A DNA stretch of 34,347 nucleotides, taken from Octopus bimaculoides (lineage: Eukaryota). The stretch spans positions 101,587,494 through 101,621,840 of the forward strand of contig NC_068985.1 in NCBI RefSeq assembly GCF_001194135.2, given 5' to 3'. Below, one piece after another: positions 1-10,456 of the stretch. Position 1 is the first letter of the stretch. Each line of letters begins with the position of its first letter. The translations under genes were made by a program, and so were the position numbers. The notes below the pieces were generated by a model that made no database searches, was not told the DNA's origin, and saw only the letters and a list, made by a program, of their open reading frames with translations.

Positions 1-62
1 ATATATATATATATATACATATATACATACGTACATACATACATACATACATACATACATAC
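1..62. repeat. (TA)n/(TACA)n compound microsatellite
   Basis: Direct reading: atatat... followed by (cata)n. Confidence 0.95.
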
Positions 63-108
63 GTAAACTGCTGAATGACAGAACAACAGGAGATACATAA
101 TCACCTTC

Positions 109-273
109 ATTAGCTTACAGCTATTTCTTGTGTAAGAGCCACTGCACTCAAAGCTGGTGCTTGTGCAACAGCTAATAGATTTCTCGAAGACATTAAAGGA
201 AGTTGTAATACGTTGCACATTCACTCGTTTCTGAGTGCAATGGTTCCTATAGCAGGAGCAGCTGTAAGCTAAT
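109..273. repeat. Foldback element with ~43-bp imperfect inverted arms (MITE-like or Penelope-like terminus)
   Basis: attagcttacagct (109-122) is the exact reverse complement of agctgtaagctaat (260-273). The match extends imperfectly inward to actgcactca (141-150) versus tgagtgcaat (232-241). Confidence 0.6.
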
Positions 274-1062
274 ATATGTGATTAGGTAACTCATATTCTT
301 TAGCATTCATTAACTGATTGCTCACTATAAACTCCTTTACTGTAAAGCATAAATTGATTCTGTTCTAACAACTGTTCACCACTATCTTTATACCCATGCG
401 AAACAATAATATCAGTTTCTCTGTCTAACCATCAATCTATATACAATCTATATGTTTTATCTCGGGAGAGTCGTTTACTTATTATTTAAACACACTTATA
501 TACTTATTTAATTTTCTAAAATCTCTGTTGCGTCTTGCAACCTGTTCAATAGTCGTTGACTCTAACCGATATCCGCGTTGCGTTATTTTTGTTTGTTTGT
601 GCGCATGTGCATGTGTGTAAGACAATAAAATATACTTCAAGATACGAACTCATATGAAGTATCTTGTAAACGAAATCCCCAACCGAATTATATATATNNN
701 NNNNNNNATATATATATATATAATATTGTCTTAATGTAGCAAAGAAACCCATCCAATAATAATCACGGCTTCTTAAACACTTTAGAAAATGTCTTTATTG
801 TTGTTTTCTGCATCACATGACTGGAATGTATTTAAGGTTTTCATTTAACTCTTCACTCTACATGAGTAAATGCATTAAAACAAGTACCATTGTTAAATGT
901 ATTAAGAATGAGCTTGAATGATATTGACTATAACAAGTTAGTATAACTATAAACATGTAGCCTCTATTTAAATATATACATGTCACTCGTTTTGAATTTA
1001 TGCGTGATCAAAATTGTTTCATTTAGTTATATTAAACGAGAGATTAAGGTCATTATCTCTAA

Positions 1063-1115
1063 TCACACTCACACACACATACACACACACACATACACAC
1101 ACACACACACACACG

Positions 1116-1170
<55 letters not shown>
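1063..1170. repeat. (CA)n-(TA)n compound microsatellite
   Basis: Direct reading. Confidence 0.95.
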
Positions 1171-1172
<2 letters not shown>

Positions 1173-1692
1173 CTTCTACAATCAGTGGGCGGAGTATTGT
1201 TCCATTGTGCGTGTATTTAAATTAACATTTAGCAATTGGCGTCGCATCCAGTGTAGAAACAGTGATGAAACGGCTATTTAACATTCCTAAAATGAATGTG
1301 TGCACATAGTTACACAGCATTATTGGTCCGGCTATCACGTGAAGGTTTCTAGAAATATTCATCATTAAAAATAACGGTAGATCCATTAAATTATTCATTT
1401 ATTTACACACTCAGTTTTGTGGAATGCAGAGTAGGCAAATTAGAGGAATAGTAGACAATATTGACATAAATGACGAGAAAACAAAATACAGCGTCATCGA
1501 ATTTGTGTAATATCATTAATTTTGGTCTTGAAAAAATGATGCCGTGAAATACAACTCGTGATCACTCTTTTATACTTACTGTTATATATATTATTTAGAA
1601 ATGTGAGTATATTGCTTGATATATAATTATATATAATAACATTAGAAGATAAAATACATGATTGGCGATAATTTAAATCCTTATTTCGAAGC

Positions 1693-2052
1693 TTTTATCT
1701 TTTAATTTATCTAGTTATTTGATAGAGGCCATACTGGGGCACAGCCTACAACTATTTTTCGTAAAATGTTTCGATTACAGTGCTGAGATGGGACCCCCTT
1801 CGGTCATGACTGACCATGGGATTGCACTTAGAAAGTTACACTCCCAGGCACAAGTCCGAGCAAGGTTGTTTATGGAAGACCAGCAGTCACCCATGCATAC
1901 AGGTCTGTTTCAGTTTACGTCTCCCTAATACACTTACCATATTTTGGTCGGTTTGAGGCTATCATAGAACGTACATGCAAAGTGCCATGCAGTGGGACAG
2001 AATCCCTAACACTGTGGTTGAGGAAGAAGCTTCTTAGAGCACACCCTAGCCT
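1693..2052 (-). mobile_element. tRNA-derived SINE, family A here, interrupted by a fragment of another repeat
   Basis: The reverse complement of 1935-2052 (aagaagcttcttcctcaaccacagtgttagggattctgtcccactgcatggcac) matches the heads at 2781 and 21601. 1693-1790 (ttttatcttttaatttatctagttatttgatagaggccatactggggcac) matches the 3' tail at 34089-34140. Confidence 0.7.
1794..1900 (-). mobile_element. 3' fragment of a third SINE family inserted in the family A copy
   Basis: GC-richer block cccccttcggtcatgactgaccatgggattgcacttagaaagttac...catgcatac lies between the two halves of the family A copy. It resembles an octopus SINE tail from recall, not from a search. Confidence 0.55.
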
Positions 2053-2780
2053 TAATGTTGATATATTAATATGCACACCTGATATAAATGTTTACTTGAG
2101 AACAAAATTACGTCATTGTGTATACAAGAATAGTCGTTTGAATGCACGTAAAACAAAGACTGCTTAAACAGAACCATGGGTTGGAGATTTGTTGCCTGAG
2201 AAGGGGAGCGGTGATATCCGCAAAGAGTAGGAAATCACAAAAAAAAGGTGGACACAGCGAGAAGGTTCTATACTGCACAACCTCCGTACTGCAAGAACTA
2301 CATGACATCTGTTCTCTTATATTCACTGTAATTTATTAATTATGTAGCTAATTTTATCAGTTTCAGATATTACGCATTTATCCAATTTTCTGTTGTAGAG
2401 TTATATAATCAATTTTGTTTAGATACACGCTCATTCATAAATACTAAAGAAGACAGAAGATAGTATTAATTCTACGAAAAAATTGAAGAAAATTAATGCA
2501 AAATTAAGACATTACTGAGGGCAAATAATTGCGTTTTGGTCACGTGATAAACATACAATCCCGTTTATACTATTCTACAAAGCATTCAGAAGCATTTCTT
2601 AAGACATGTTGCTAGTGAATCATCCCAAAATGATTATCTGGCAACGTGTAAAGATAAGTTATATTTCCATAGTAATTATTGATAGTACATGTACTGGTAG
2701 GATGCACTACATTTCATCCCATTCGCGACTAAGTTCATATCCAGATCATATAACTAGTTATTAATGTATATCCGACAAAT

Positions 2781-2853
2781 AGGTGTAGGAATGGCTGTGT
2801 GGTAAGTAGCTTAATTACCAACCATTGTTCCGGCTTCTGTCCCACTGCGTGGC
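2781..2853 (+). mobile_element. SINE family A, head only
   Basis: ggctgtgtggtaagtag (A-box-like) ... gttccggcttctgtcccactgcgtggc (degenerate B-box). Homologous to 21601-21680 and to the reverse complement of 1935-2052. Confidence 0.75.
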
Positions 2854-2924
2854 TCTTTATATATGTATATATTATTTGATTGAACGCCACGCATCTGTTC
2901 CAAGAAGGTCTTCATATATATATA

Positions 2925-3475
2925 NNNNNNNNNNNNNNNNNNNNNNNNNNNNNNNNNNNNNNNNNNNNNNNNNNNNNNNNNNNNNNNNNNNNNNNNNNNN
3001 NNNNNNNNNNNNNNNNNNNNNNNNNNNNNNNNNNNNNNNNNNNNNNNNNNNNNNNNNNNNNNNNNNNNNNNNNNNNNNNNNNNNNNNNNNNNNNNNNNNN
3101 NNNNNNNNNNNNNNNNNNNNNNNNNNNNNNNNNNNNNNNNNNNNNNNNNNNNNNNNNNNNNNNNNNNNNNNNNNNNNNNNNNNNNNNNNNNNNNNNNNNN
3201 NNNNNNNNNNNNNNNNNNNNNNNNNNNNNNNNNNNNNNNNNNNNNNNNNNNNNNNNNNNNNNNNNNNNNNNNNNNNNNNNNNNNNNNNNNNNNNNNNNNN
3301 NNNNNNNNNNNNNNNNNNNNNNNNNNNNNNNNNNNNNNNNNNNNNNNNNNNNNNNNNNNNNNNNNNNNNNNNNNNNNNNNNNNNNNNNNNNNNNNNNNNN
3401 NNNNNNNNNNNNNNNNNNNNNNNNNNNNNNNNNNNNNNNNNNNNNNNNNNNNNNNNNNNNNNNNNNNNNNNNNNN
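2925..3475. other. Assembly gap (N run) flanked by (TA)n. Other gaps: 698-707, 5209-5494, 7197-7246, 8449-8458, 11278-11663, 12850-13195, 16480-16489, 25733-25742, 33178-33314
   Basis: N runs read directly. All X-filled ORFs in the track come from these gaps. Confidence 0.99.
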
Positions 3476-3508
<33 letters not shown>

Positions 3509-5150
3509 AATAGTGATGTGAGTTTGTGACTTTGCGTGCTTGTTTGTATAGGAATTATAACAACGTTACATTTCCAGTATTCTGTTGTGTATTGATGGTC
3601 ACTCACGCACACACATATGTATACACCTTACAGTCATATATTTATTCGTATATTTATCCGATTAAACTGCAATTAGGAATGTCTGAATAAAAATCATGAG
3701 GTTGTGTTTGCATAAGATATATATTAATTGACATTAATAATTTCTAGAATATATCGATAAATTGATGAACTTAATTATATTTAACTGTCAGGTTGTAATG
3801 TGACTAAACTTATATATTTCTTCATGTCGCCATCTTCCGACTATCGGTATATACAAATTGTTTAAAAATGTATGCCACCGGGAAAATTTTCATCAACCAC
3901 CACGGAATTTTATATTGTATTTAATGTTCTGTATTATTTTCTTATTCGGTTAAGTAGCGGGAATCATTAATTTAGATAAAAAGATAGGGTTTGTTGAATA
4001 TCTATTATTTATGATTAAGAACATGTTCCACTAGAAAGAAAGAAAGATTTTCAAGACCTTCGGAATTTGATAATGATCATAATTCTATCAATGAAATGTA
4101 GGAACAGCATCGTTGCTACGGGAAAAGGAACTCCGCGAAGACCTGCATCGAAGTATACTTCCTGTACACGTTTCGTATATTCAACCATCGTACTCCACCC
4201 ATTTTATCTTGACTAATTTACGATGGTATTTCTCAGAGGATTTTATGTCTCTCCCCTCCCCATCTAGTTCATGATCCCCCATACACACAAACATACACTA
4301 AAGCTGAGCTTCGCTTGGTGATGTGTGGAATTCATCGTCAATGGTTACAGATCTGGAGAATGTGATAGCGCAGTACGTGTACGCATCAATAACCTTCAGC
4401 ATTTCCCTTTCGAACAGTGAGAGAGTAGGTTCCAAATAAAGCTTCTGCGGGCCAAGTAGGTGCATGACCAACTCCACATATTAAGCCGCAACTTACGCTA
4501 ATGGCACTGGGTTGCCCATGAGATGTTGCCTTGCATTTCCGACCCAGAAATGTCTTAAGTGAATCGTATCAGTTTAAGATAGTTACATGCTGAGCTACAC
4601 TGACGTTTCTCAACATATATTTTCAAGTAAATTCACACAGTTTCAGATTCTGAATCTGATTCTTATAGAAGAGTTAAAAATCAATTAGACACTCAGTGTA
4701 AACGCTTGGAAACTGGAGATTGGAGAATTCTGGATTTGTAGAAATAATTTGTAGTATAGACACTAACAAACCAAAATCAAGAGTTGCTTATTTTAAAAGG
4801 AGAACTGGTGTATGTTATGTTTAGTATATATATTTATCTCGTAACACAAAAATGGACTTTGTCCAGAAAAGAGGAATTTCTCATTTTAACGCTTGATATA
4901 ACCCATAATTACATTTACTCTGGAAATTAGTTGTGGAATGGCAATCCTGAAAATGACTATAAAACGTACATATATGTAAATATATAGAATGAGAATTATG
5001 CATAGAAAGAAAGGCAAAGCGCTCGTAATTACACAATAGTTGTAATGTTAACATATAGAGGAGTTAGAAAGTCAAGAATATTCATCCAGAAGTGGATGAA
5101 TATAAACATTAGCGTAAATCCGGCTTCCGGCTTCTGATTGTGGAGATTGT

Positions 5151-5206
<56 letters not shown>

Positions 5207-5499
5207 CANNNNNNNNNNNNNNNNNNNNNNNNNNNNNNNNNNNNNNNNNNNNNNNNNNNNNNNNNNNNNNNNNNNNNNNNNNNNNNNNNNNNNNNNNNNN
5301 NNNNNNNNNNNNNNNNNNNNNNNNNNNNNNNNNNNNNNNNNNNNNNNNNNNNNNNNNNNNNNNNNNNNNNNNNNNNNNNNNNNNNNNNNNNNNNNNNNNN
5401 NNNNNNNNNNNNNNNNNNNNNNNNNNNNNNNNNNNNNNNNNNNNNNNNNNNNNNNNNNNNNNNNNNNNNNNNNNNNNNNNNNNNNNNNNNNNNNGTATA

Positions 5500-6005
5500 G
5501 GTGCATATAGGTGCATACAGGACATTGCAAACAAAACGTAGACGAGAAAACACACAAGCCACATAGAGAACATTCTACTTCATCAGCTACCCCCGTTTTA
5601 ACACCGGCGTTTCGAAGAGCTCGGCAGGACGCATCGTTAAAACGGCTTTTCCCATGGACCGCAAATTAAATTTGTATACACAAATTAAACCTTGCCATGG
5701 AGGAATGTAGTGGCGGACACAAAACAAGACAGGAAAACAAACAGAAAAGTCTTTACGGCCAGACGAGAAAAATTATTTGTGTATGAACGCTGGGAGGCAC
5801 GAACTTGAAAGTAGGGACGAGGTAGTTCGCGTGTTTGCTCGGCGATAGCCAACTAAGAAAAGGATTATTGACCGGAAGCATGTGACCGTGTGTGTGTGTG
5901 TGTGTGTGTCTGCGCGCGTGTGTGTGTGCGTTGCCCTCTTGGGACTGCAAGCTACAGGTGTCTTCCTGGGGCTGCAAGCTATAGTGCCATCCACCCTTAG
6001 CGGTT
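5500..6005 (-). mobile_element. Structured interspersed repeat, possibly a Penelope-like element terminal region
   Basis: GC/CpG-richer than the flanks, with hairpins at 5593-5645 and 5652-5700, a 27-bp-spaced direct repeat (tgggactgcaagcta / tggggctgcaagcta, 5940-5982) and hammerhead-like core motifs on the minus strand. Family assignment is inference. Confidence 0.4.
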
Positions 6006-6036
6006 AGCCTCGTGTAAGTGGCAAATATACTTCACG

Positions 6037-6053
6037 CGTATATATATATATAC

Positions 6054-6140
<87 letters not shown>

Positions 6141-6265
6141 GGTGTATGTATATGTTCGTGTGTGTATGTGCAATTGTGCGTGTGGCTGTGTGACTGTGCG
6201 CATATGTATGTATACATATGTATATGTATGCATAGATGGATAGATAGATAGGTAGATAGATAGAT
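6037..6265. repeat. Compound (TA)n/(TG)n/(TAGA)n microsatellite
   Basis: Direct reading. Confidence 0.95.
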
Positions 6266-7017
6266 ATATAGATAATATTCTTTTGGGTTCCATATTTTAT
6301 TATTTGATCATGTTTACGGAAAACAAAATGCAGGGTTTCTGGTTGCAATAGTCACGATCGACTACTGGGTAACCTTAAAACATTTCAGTGCTTCATGTGA
6401 TCCACAAAAATCTCTTGAAATGGATTAAAGTCCTGAAACCTATATAAGTATGTCTGGTTCCCGATAACTAATTTTACGTTCGTTTTCTCACTCAGAAATA
6501 TATCACCAGCATGAATTAAACGGATTCATATTCATCATTCACGTTAGAGAGAGTTTTCATTTACGAGCTTTACATAGGAATTGAAGCATTCAAAATAAAT
6601 ACCTCTGTAACATTCCCGAGCCTCTAAAATATGCTAATACACACAGGAATCTTTACTATTTTAAAATCTTGATATATTGCTTAAAGTCCCCAAATGTAAG
6701 AATATTTATCTCAGCACCGCAGTATTAACTAGCTGGTAGGCAATTTAACCCTTCAAACTAAAATCGATATTTCTTCATAGGAAACACAGCAGTAGGCATT
6801 ATTAATAATTAATTGCATGTCCGCGGGTGCTGCAATTAATAGTTTAAAACAAGCTGTCGAAAAGTGCCATGCATTACAGAAAAGTGGTTAGTAGAAAACT
6901 TGTAGACATATTTCAAAGCCAAACTTATGTAATTCTGCTTCCATTAAGTGAGAGAGTATGATTTCTTCTGAAATTGTATGTGATTACGACATCATTACAG
7001 TAATGTAAGTTCTGAGT

Positions 7018-7116
7018 ATGTGTGATCGGTGTGTGTGTGTGTGTTTGCGTGTATGTTTGTGTGTGTATGTGTGCGTCTGTGTGTATATACATACACACAT
7101 TCACACACACACAAAC

Positions 7117-7196
<80 letters not shown>

Positions 7197-7246
7197 NNNN
7201 NNNNNNNNNNNNNNNNNNNNNNNNNNNNNNNNNNNNNNNNNNNNNN

Positions 7247-7275
<29 letters not shown>
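7018..7275. repeat. Compound (TG)n/(CA)n/(TA)n microsatellite with internal gap
   Basis: Direct reading. Confidence 0.95.
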
Positions 7276-7279
<4 letters not shown>

Positions 7280-7817
7280 CACAACATCGCACAGAGATAC
7301 ACTCTAAATATAAAGAGAGTTCATACAATATATATAGAATAATAATTCTTATGTTTATAAATATATATGTGCGCGGTGTATATGAGTATTATGTTGAACA
7401 GAACGTGAATAAGCAAACAATTTTGTTTCGTTTTTATTTCTATATGTGAGGAGAAAAAATACGAATACAAATACTTCCCTACCAAATGTTGGCTGCTTGG
7501 GAGACGAAATGTTATCCTGTAACGGATTGTTTTGCATGTTTGGTGATTGTTATTAGGATAGTGGGGACTTGTGCGAAAATATTTGCCAATAAATACTATA
7601 CAATATTTCGACCTTATATAAGATTATATATTATGCCACTGAGCACTTCATTTCCATATTTGTATTCACTGTGGCTCGTCCCTAATTAATCGATATATAT
7701 TTTATACAAGAAACAGACTCACCAAGAAGGGCTTCAACGTATCTTCATTATTTATATTTGACGGATATTTGTCCTCATCTTTCTTTCACCCTTTCTTCCT
7801 GTTTCTGTTGTACTTCT

Positions 7818-7990
7818 ATTTCGAAGGGCCAGCCTTGTCACACTCTGTGTCACGCTGAATCTCCCCGAGAATTACGTTAACGGTACACGTGTCTGTGGAG
7901 TGCTCAGCCACTTGCAAGTTAATGTTAGGAGCAGGCTGTTTCGTTGATCGGCTCAACTGGAACCCTTGTCGCCGTAACTGAATGAATGCC
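7818..7990 (+). mobile_element. Headless SINE 3' segment
   Basis: GC-richer island atttcgaagggccagccttgtcacactctgtgtcacgctgaatctcccc...tcaactggaacccttgtcgccgtaac. Recognised from recall as an octopus SINE tail; no second copy in this window confirms it. Confidence 0.55.
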
Positions 7991-8470
7991 ACGATTTGTT
8001 TAGTGATTGAAGATTGATACATTGTTGTCGATCTTATCTTGTCCAATGCCTATCGACGAAGAAATATATATGGTTCAATACGCCATATCTAACATACATA
8101 GCGTGTTACTTCATGAGTTCAAACTTTCTCTGAAACGATGCTCGTGACATGTTCGTTTAAATCTACTCCAATCACTGGTCTATATCGTAGTAAGATTAAA
8201 AACAATATTGAAGTGAGAAATATTTGGCCAACGGATGTAACTATTTCTTGGCTGCTAGTACCTATAAATTTGTCTCAAGACTGAGAATAAGCAATATTTT
8301 TAAAATTCACGGCTGTTATGTAATGGTCATATTAATTGTCTGGTTAAATCAGTTAGAAACTTGGTTTCTTGAATTTAATAAGGAATTATCCTGTTAGCGT
8401 CTTCGAACTTTAATAAGTTTTATCCTAATGTCTTTATTTATTTATTTTNNNNNNNNNNTCCATGTACTAC

Positions 8471-8690
8471 AAGGCAGCGAGCTGGCAGAATCGTTAGAAT
8501 ACCGGGCAAAATAGTTATCGGCATTTCATCTGTCTTTAAGTTTCTGAGTTCAAAATCCGGTGAGGTTGTCTTTGCCAATCATCCTTTCATGGTCGATCAA
8601 AGAAGTACCATTTGATCCATGTGTTCGATGGAATCGACTTGACTCTTCCCCAAAACGTTTTGGCCTTGTACCAAATTTTGAAAACTTTAG
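8471..8690 (+). mobile_element. tRNA-derived SINE, family B here
   Basis: A-box tggcagaatcgttag (8483) and B-box gagttcaaaatcc (8546), then body ctttcatggtcgatcaaagaagtacca and tail ggccttgtaccaaattttgaaaac. Homologues at 8707, 19831 and 22970. Confidence 0.85.
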
Positions 8691-8706
8691 TTTTATGCAG
8701 TACAAT

Positions 8707-8915
8707 GCAGAATTGTTAGCACGCCGGGCAACATGTTTAGCGGAGTTTGTCCTTCTTGAACTCAAACTATAGTTTGAGTTCAAATCCTGACGAGGCCGAC
8801 TTTCCCTTTTATCCGTTTGTGGCAGATTAAACAAATACCAGTTAGTAACTGGGGTCAAAGGAATGGACTTGGCTCCTCCCCCGAAATAGCAGGCCTTATT
8901 ACAAAACTTGAAGCC
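8707..8915 (+). mobile_element. SINE family B, second copy in tandem
   Basis: gcagaattgttagcacgccggg...gagttcaaatcctgacgaggccgactttccc...ggccttattacaaaacttgaag aligns with 8485-8690. Confidence 0.85.
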
Positions 8916-9080
8916 TGTATCTTATACAGTATACATGGCAAAGAACAGCGAATCGAACAAAAAGAAATGGAAACGCGTATCTATTTATCATGTACAACCA
9001 TCAAAACCATTCACATATCTTATTTCAAAATCACATAAAAATGCCGTCGAATAATATACCACATTTTTTTTTTATTTCAG

Positions 9081-9132
9081 CAAAATTATTTCTTGCAAAA
9101 TGGAATTACATTCCGGAAAATATATAAAACAG
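9081..9132 (+). other. Candidate internal exon of an unidentified gene
   Basis: Acceptor tttttttttatttcag and donor CAG|GTAATA flank 52 nt. Two frames are open (QNYFLQNGITFRKIYKT or KIISCKMELHSGKYIKQ). No homology recognised. Confidence 0.3.
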
Positions 9133-9207
9133 GTAATATATACATATATACATATCTGGATACAACGATATCACGCAAGAGCTGGCTGGTATTGTGAACT
9201 AATATTT

Positions 9208-9397
9208 GTTTCAATTTTTGGCACAGTGATTTCGGGGTGGGGACTTAGTCGATTACATCATCCCCAGTGCTCAACTGGTAATTATTTTATCGACCCTGAA
9301 ATAATAAAAGGCAAGGTAGACCTCGGAGGAATCAGAACTCAGAACACACAGAAAGACGATACGCCACTAAGCTGAAAACCTGCCAGCTACCCGCACT
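9208..9397 (-). mobile_element. SINE family B, reverse orientation
   Basis: The reverse complement reads agctggcagg...ttctgagttctgattcctccgaggtctaccttgcctttt...gggtcgataaaataattaccag, collinear with the 8471 copy. Confidence 0.8.
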
Positions 9398-9423
9398 AAT
9401 CGACAATTAATATCGAGTTAAAG

Positions 9424-9600
9424 TTTTGGCACAAAACCAGCAAATTGTGGGAATGGGATAAGTTGATAACGTCGACCCAACAACTCACGTAGGCAAAGTT
9501 CAATTTCCGCCGAGGTCGACTTTGCCCTTCGATGTCTCTGGGTCCCTAAAATAAGTACCAGATGTGCACTGGGGTCGACGCTATCAACTTAACACCCCCA
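9424..9600. mobile_element. Two family B SINE fragments: minus-strand tail 9424-9480 and plus-strand body 9497-9600
   Basis: agttcaatttccgccgaggtcgactttgcc...aagtaccagatgtgcactggggtcgac on +. ttttggcacaaaaccagcaaatt is the reverse of the tail motif. Confidence 0.7.
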
Positions 9601-10456
9601 CTGATACTGTTAGCCTTTCGCAATCATTAATTAATATTATCGCTCGCTAATTGATATCAGGTCATCGACAAGTCAAGCCGCAATAGTATACACAGAGAAA
9701 TAATACATTGATTTATATTGTGGATCGATGGGAACGCCACCTGAATTGAAATTTCCAAACCAATTTCTTTCCTACATCTGACGAATCCTTCGGATTTATG
9801 AGCATAATATAAATAAAATAATATATTGGGATAAAAGATGTAGCGATGGATCAATTAAAGGCGTCTGCAACTAATACGTAATGCATTGAAATTTTCCTTT
9901 CAGTTTGAGAAATTTTGAAAGGAAAGGAAAACGATTCGCTAAAATAAAGGAATAAAATTGTAATAAATTTAAATTTATTTTAAAATCTCAAACATGGCAG
10001 ACATTATATTAAGCCTATTTAATGATGAAAACTGTCATTTTAAATAACGTGAGAGTGCCTGAGTGGTTGTTCAATATATTAGAAATAATATCCATAGAAC
10101 CTTACACGCTAACATTTTAAGTGAGGTGTTTTCAACATTGACATTGATATATAAATGGGCAATAACTCGAAAGCAGACCAACGGTTATGTATCGGATCAA
10201 TAAGCGCTGAATTTTGGGGGAAAAACAACAGAAATGGCAACTCACAAATGCTTCTATATAAATCATTACAGGTGGGCAAACTGACCGCACTAAAATCTCA
10301 TAAGCAACTCTTCCACTCCTCCCCTCTTCTTCCCTTATATCACCCTCCCCTCCCAAACCTTCCCTTACTCTCTCCTTTCCCTAGCCATTCAGCTAATATC
10401 ACGTGGAAGCTTTATTTACAGGCCAATAACGGAGGAATAAGGAGAATTATTATAAG

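Noticed and set aside
1719-1928. 69-aa ORF with normal-looking composition
   Set aside because: It lies wholly within SINE sequence.
2811-3612. ORFs of 130-246 aa here and over the other gaps
   Set aside because: They are open only because N runs translate as X and (TA)n/(CA)n lack stop codons.
5090-5140. Hairpin attcatcc/ggatgaat followed by ccggcttccgg, resembling a ribozyme core
   Set aside because: Both conserved boxes are mismatched and there is no stem II. Too degenerate to support.
8471-8560. tRNA gene (A and B boxes present)
   Set aside because: There is no cloverleaf, and the boxes lead into a body shared by many dispersed copies, so these are SINE heads.
9778-9805. Hammerhead candidate CTGACGA followed by an aatcc/ggatt hairpin
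   Set aside because: No GAAA follows the stem, and no stem III or cleavage triplet can be built.
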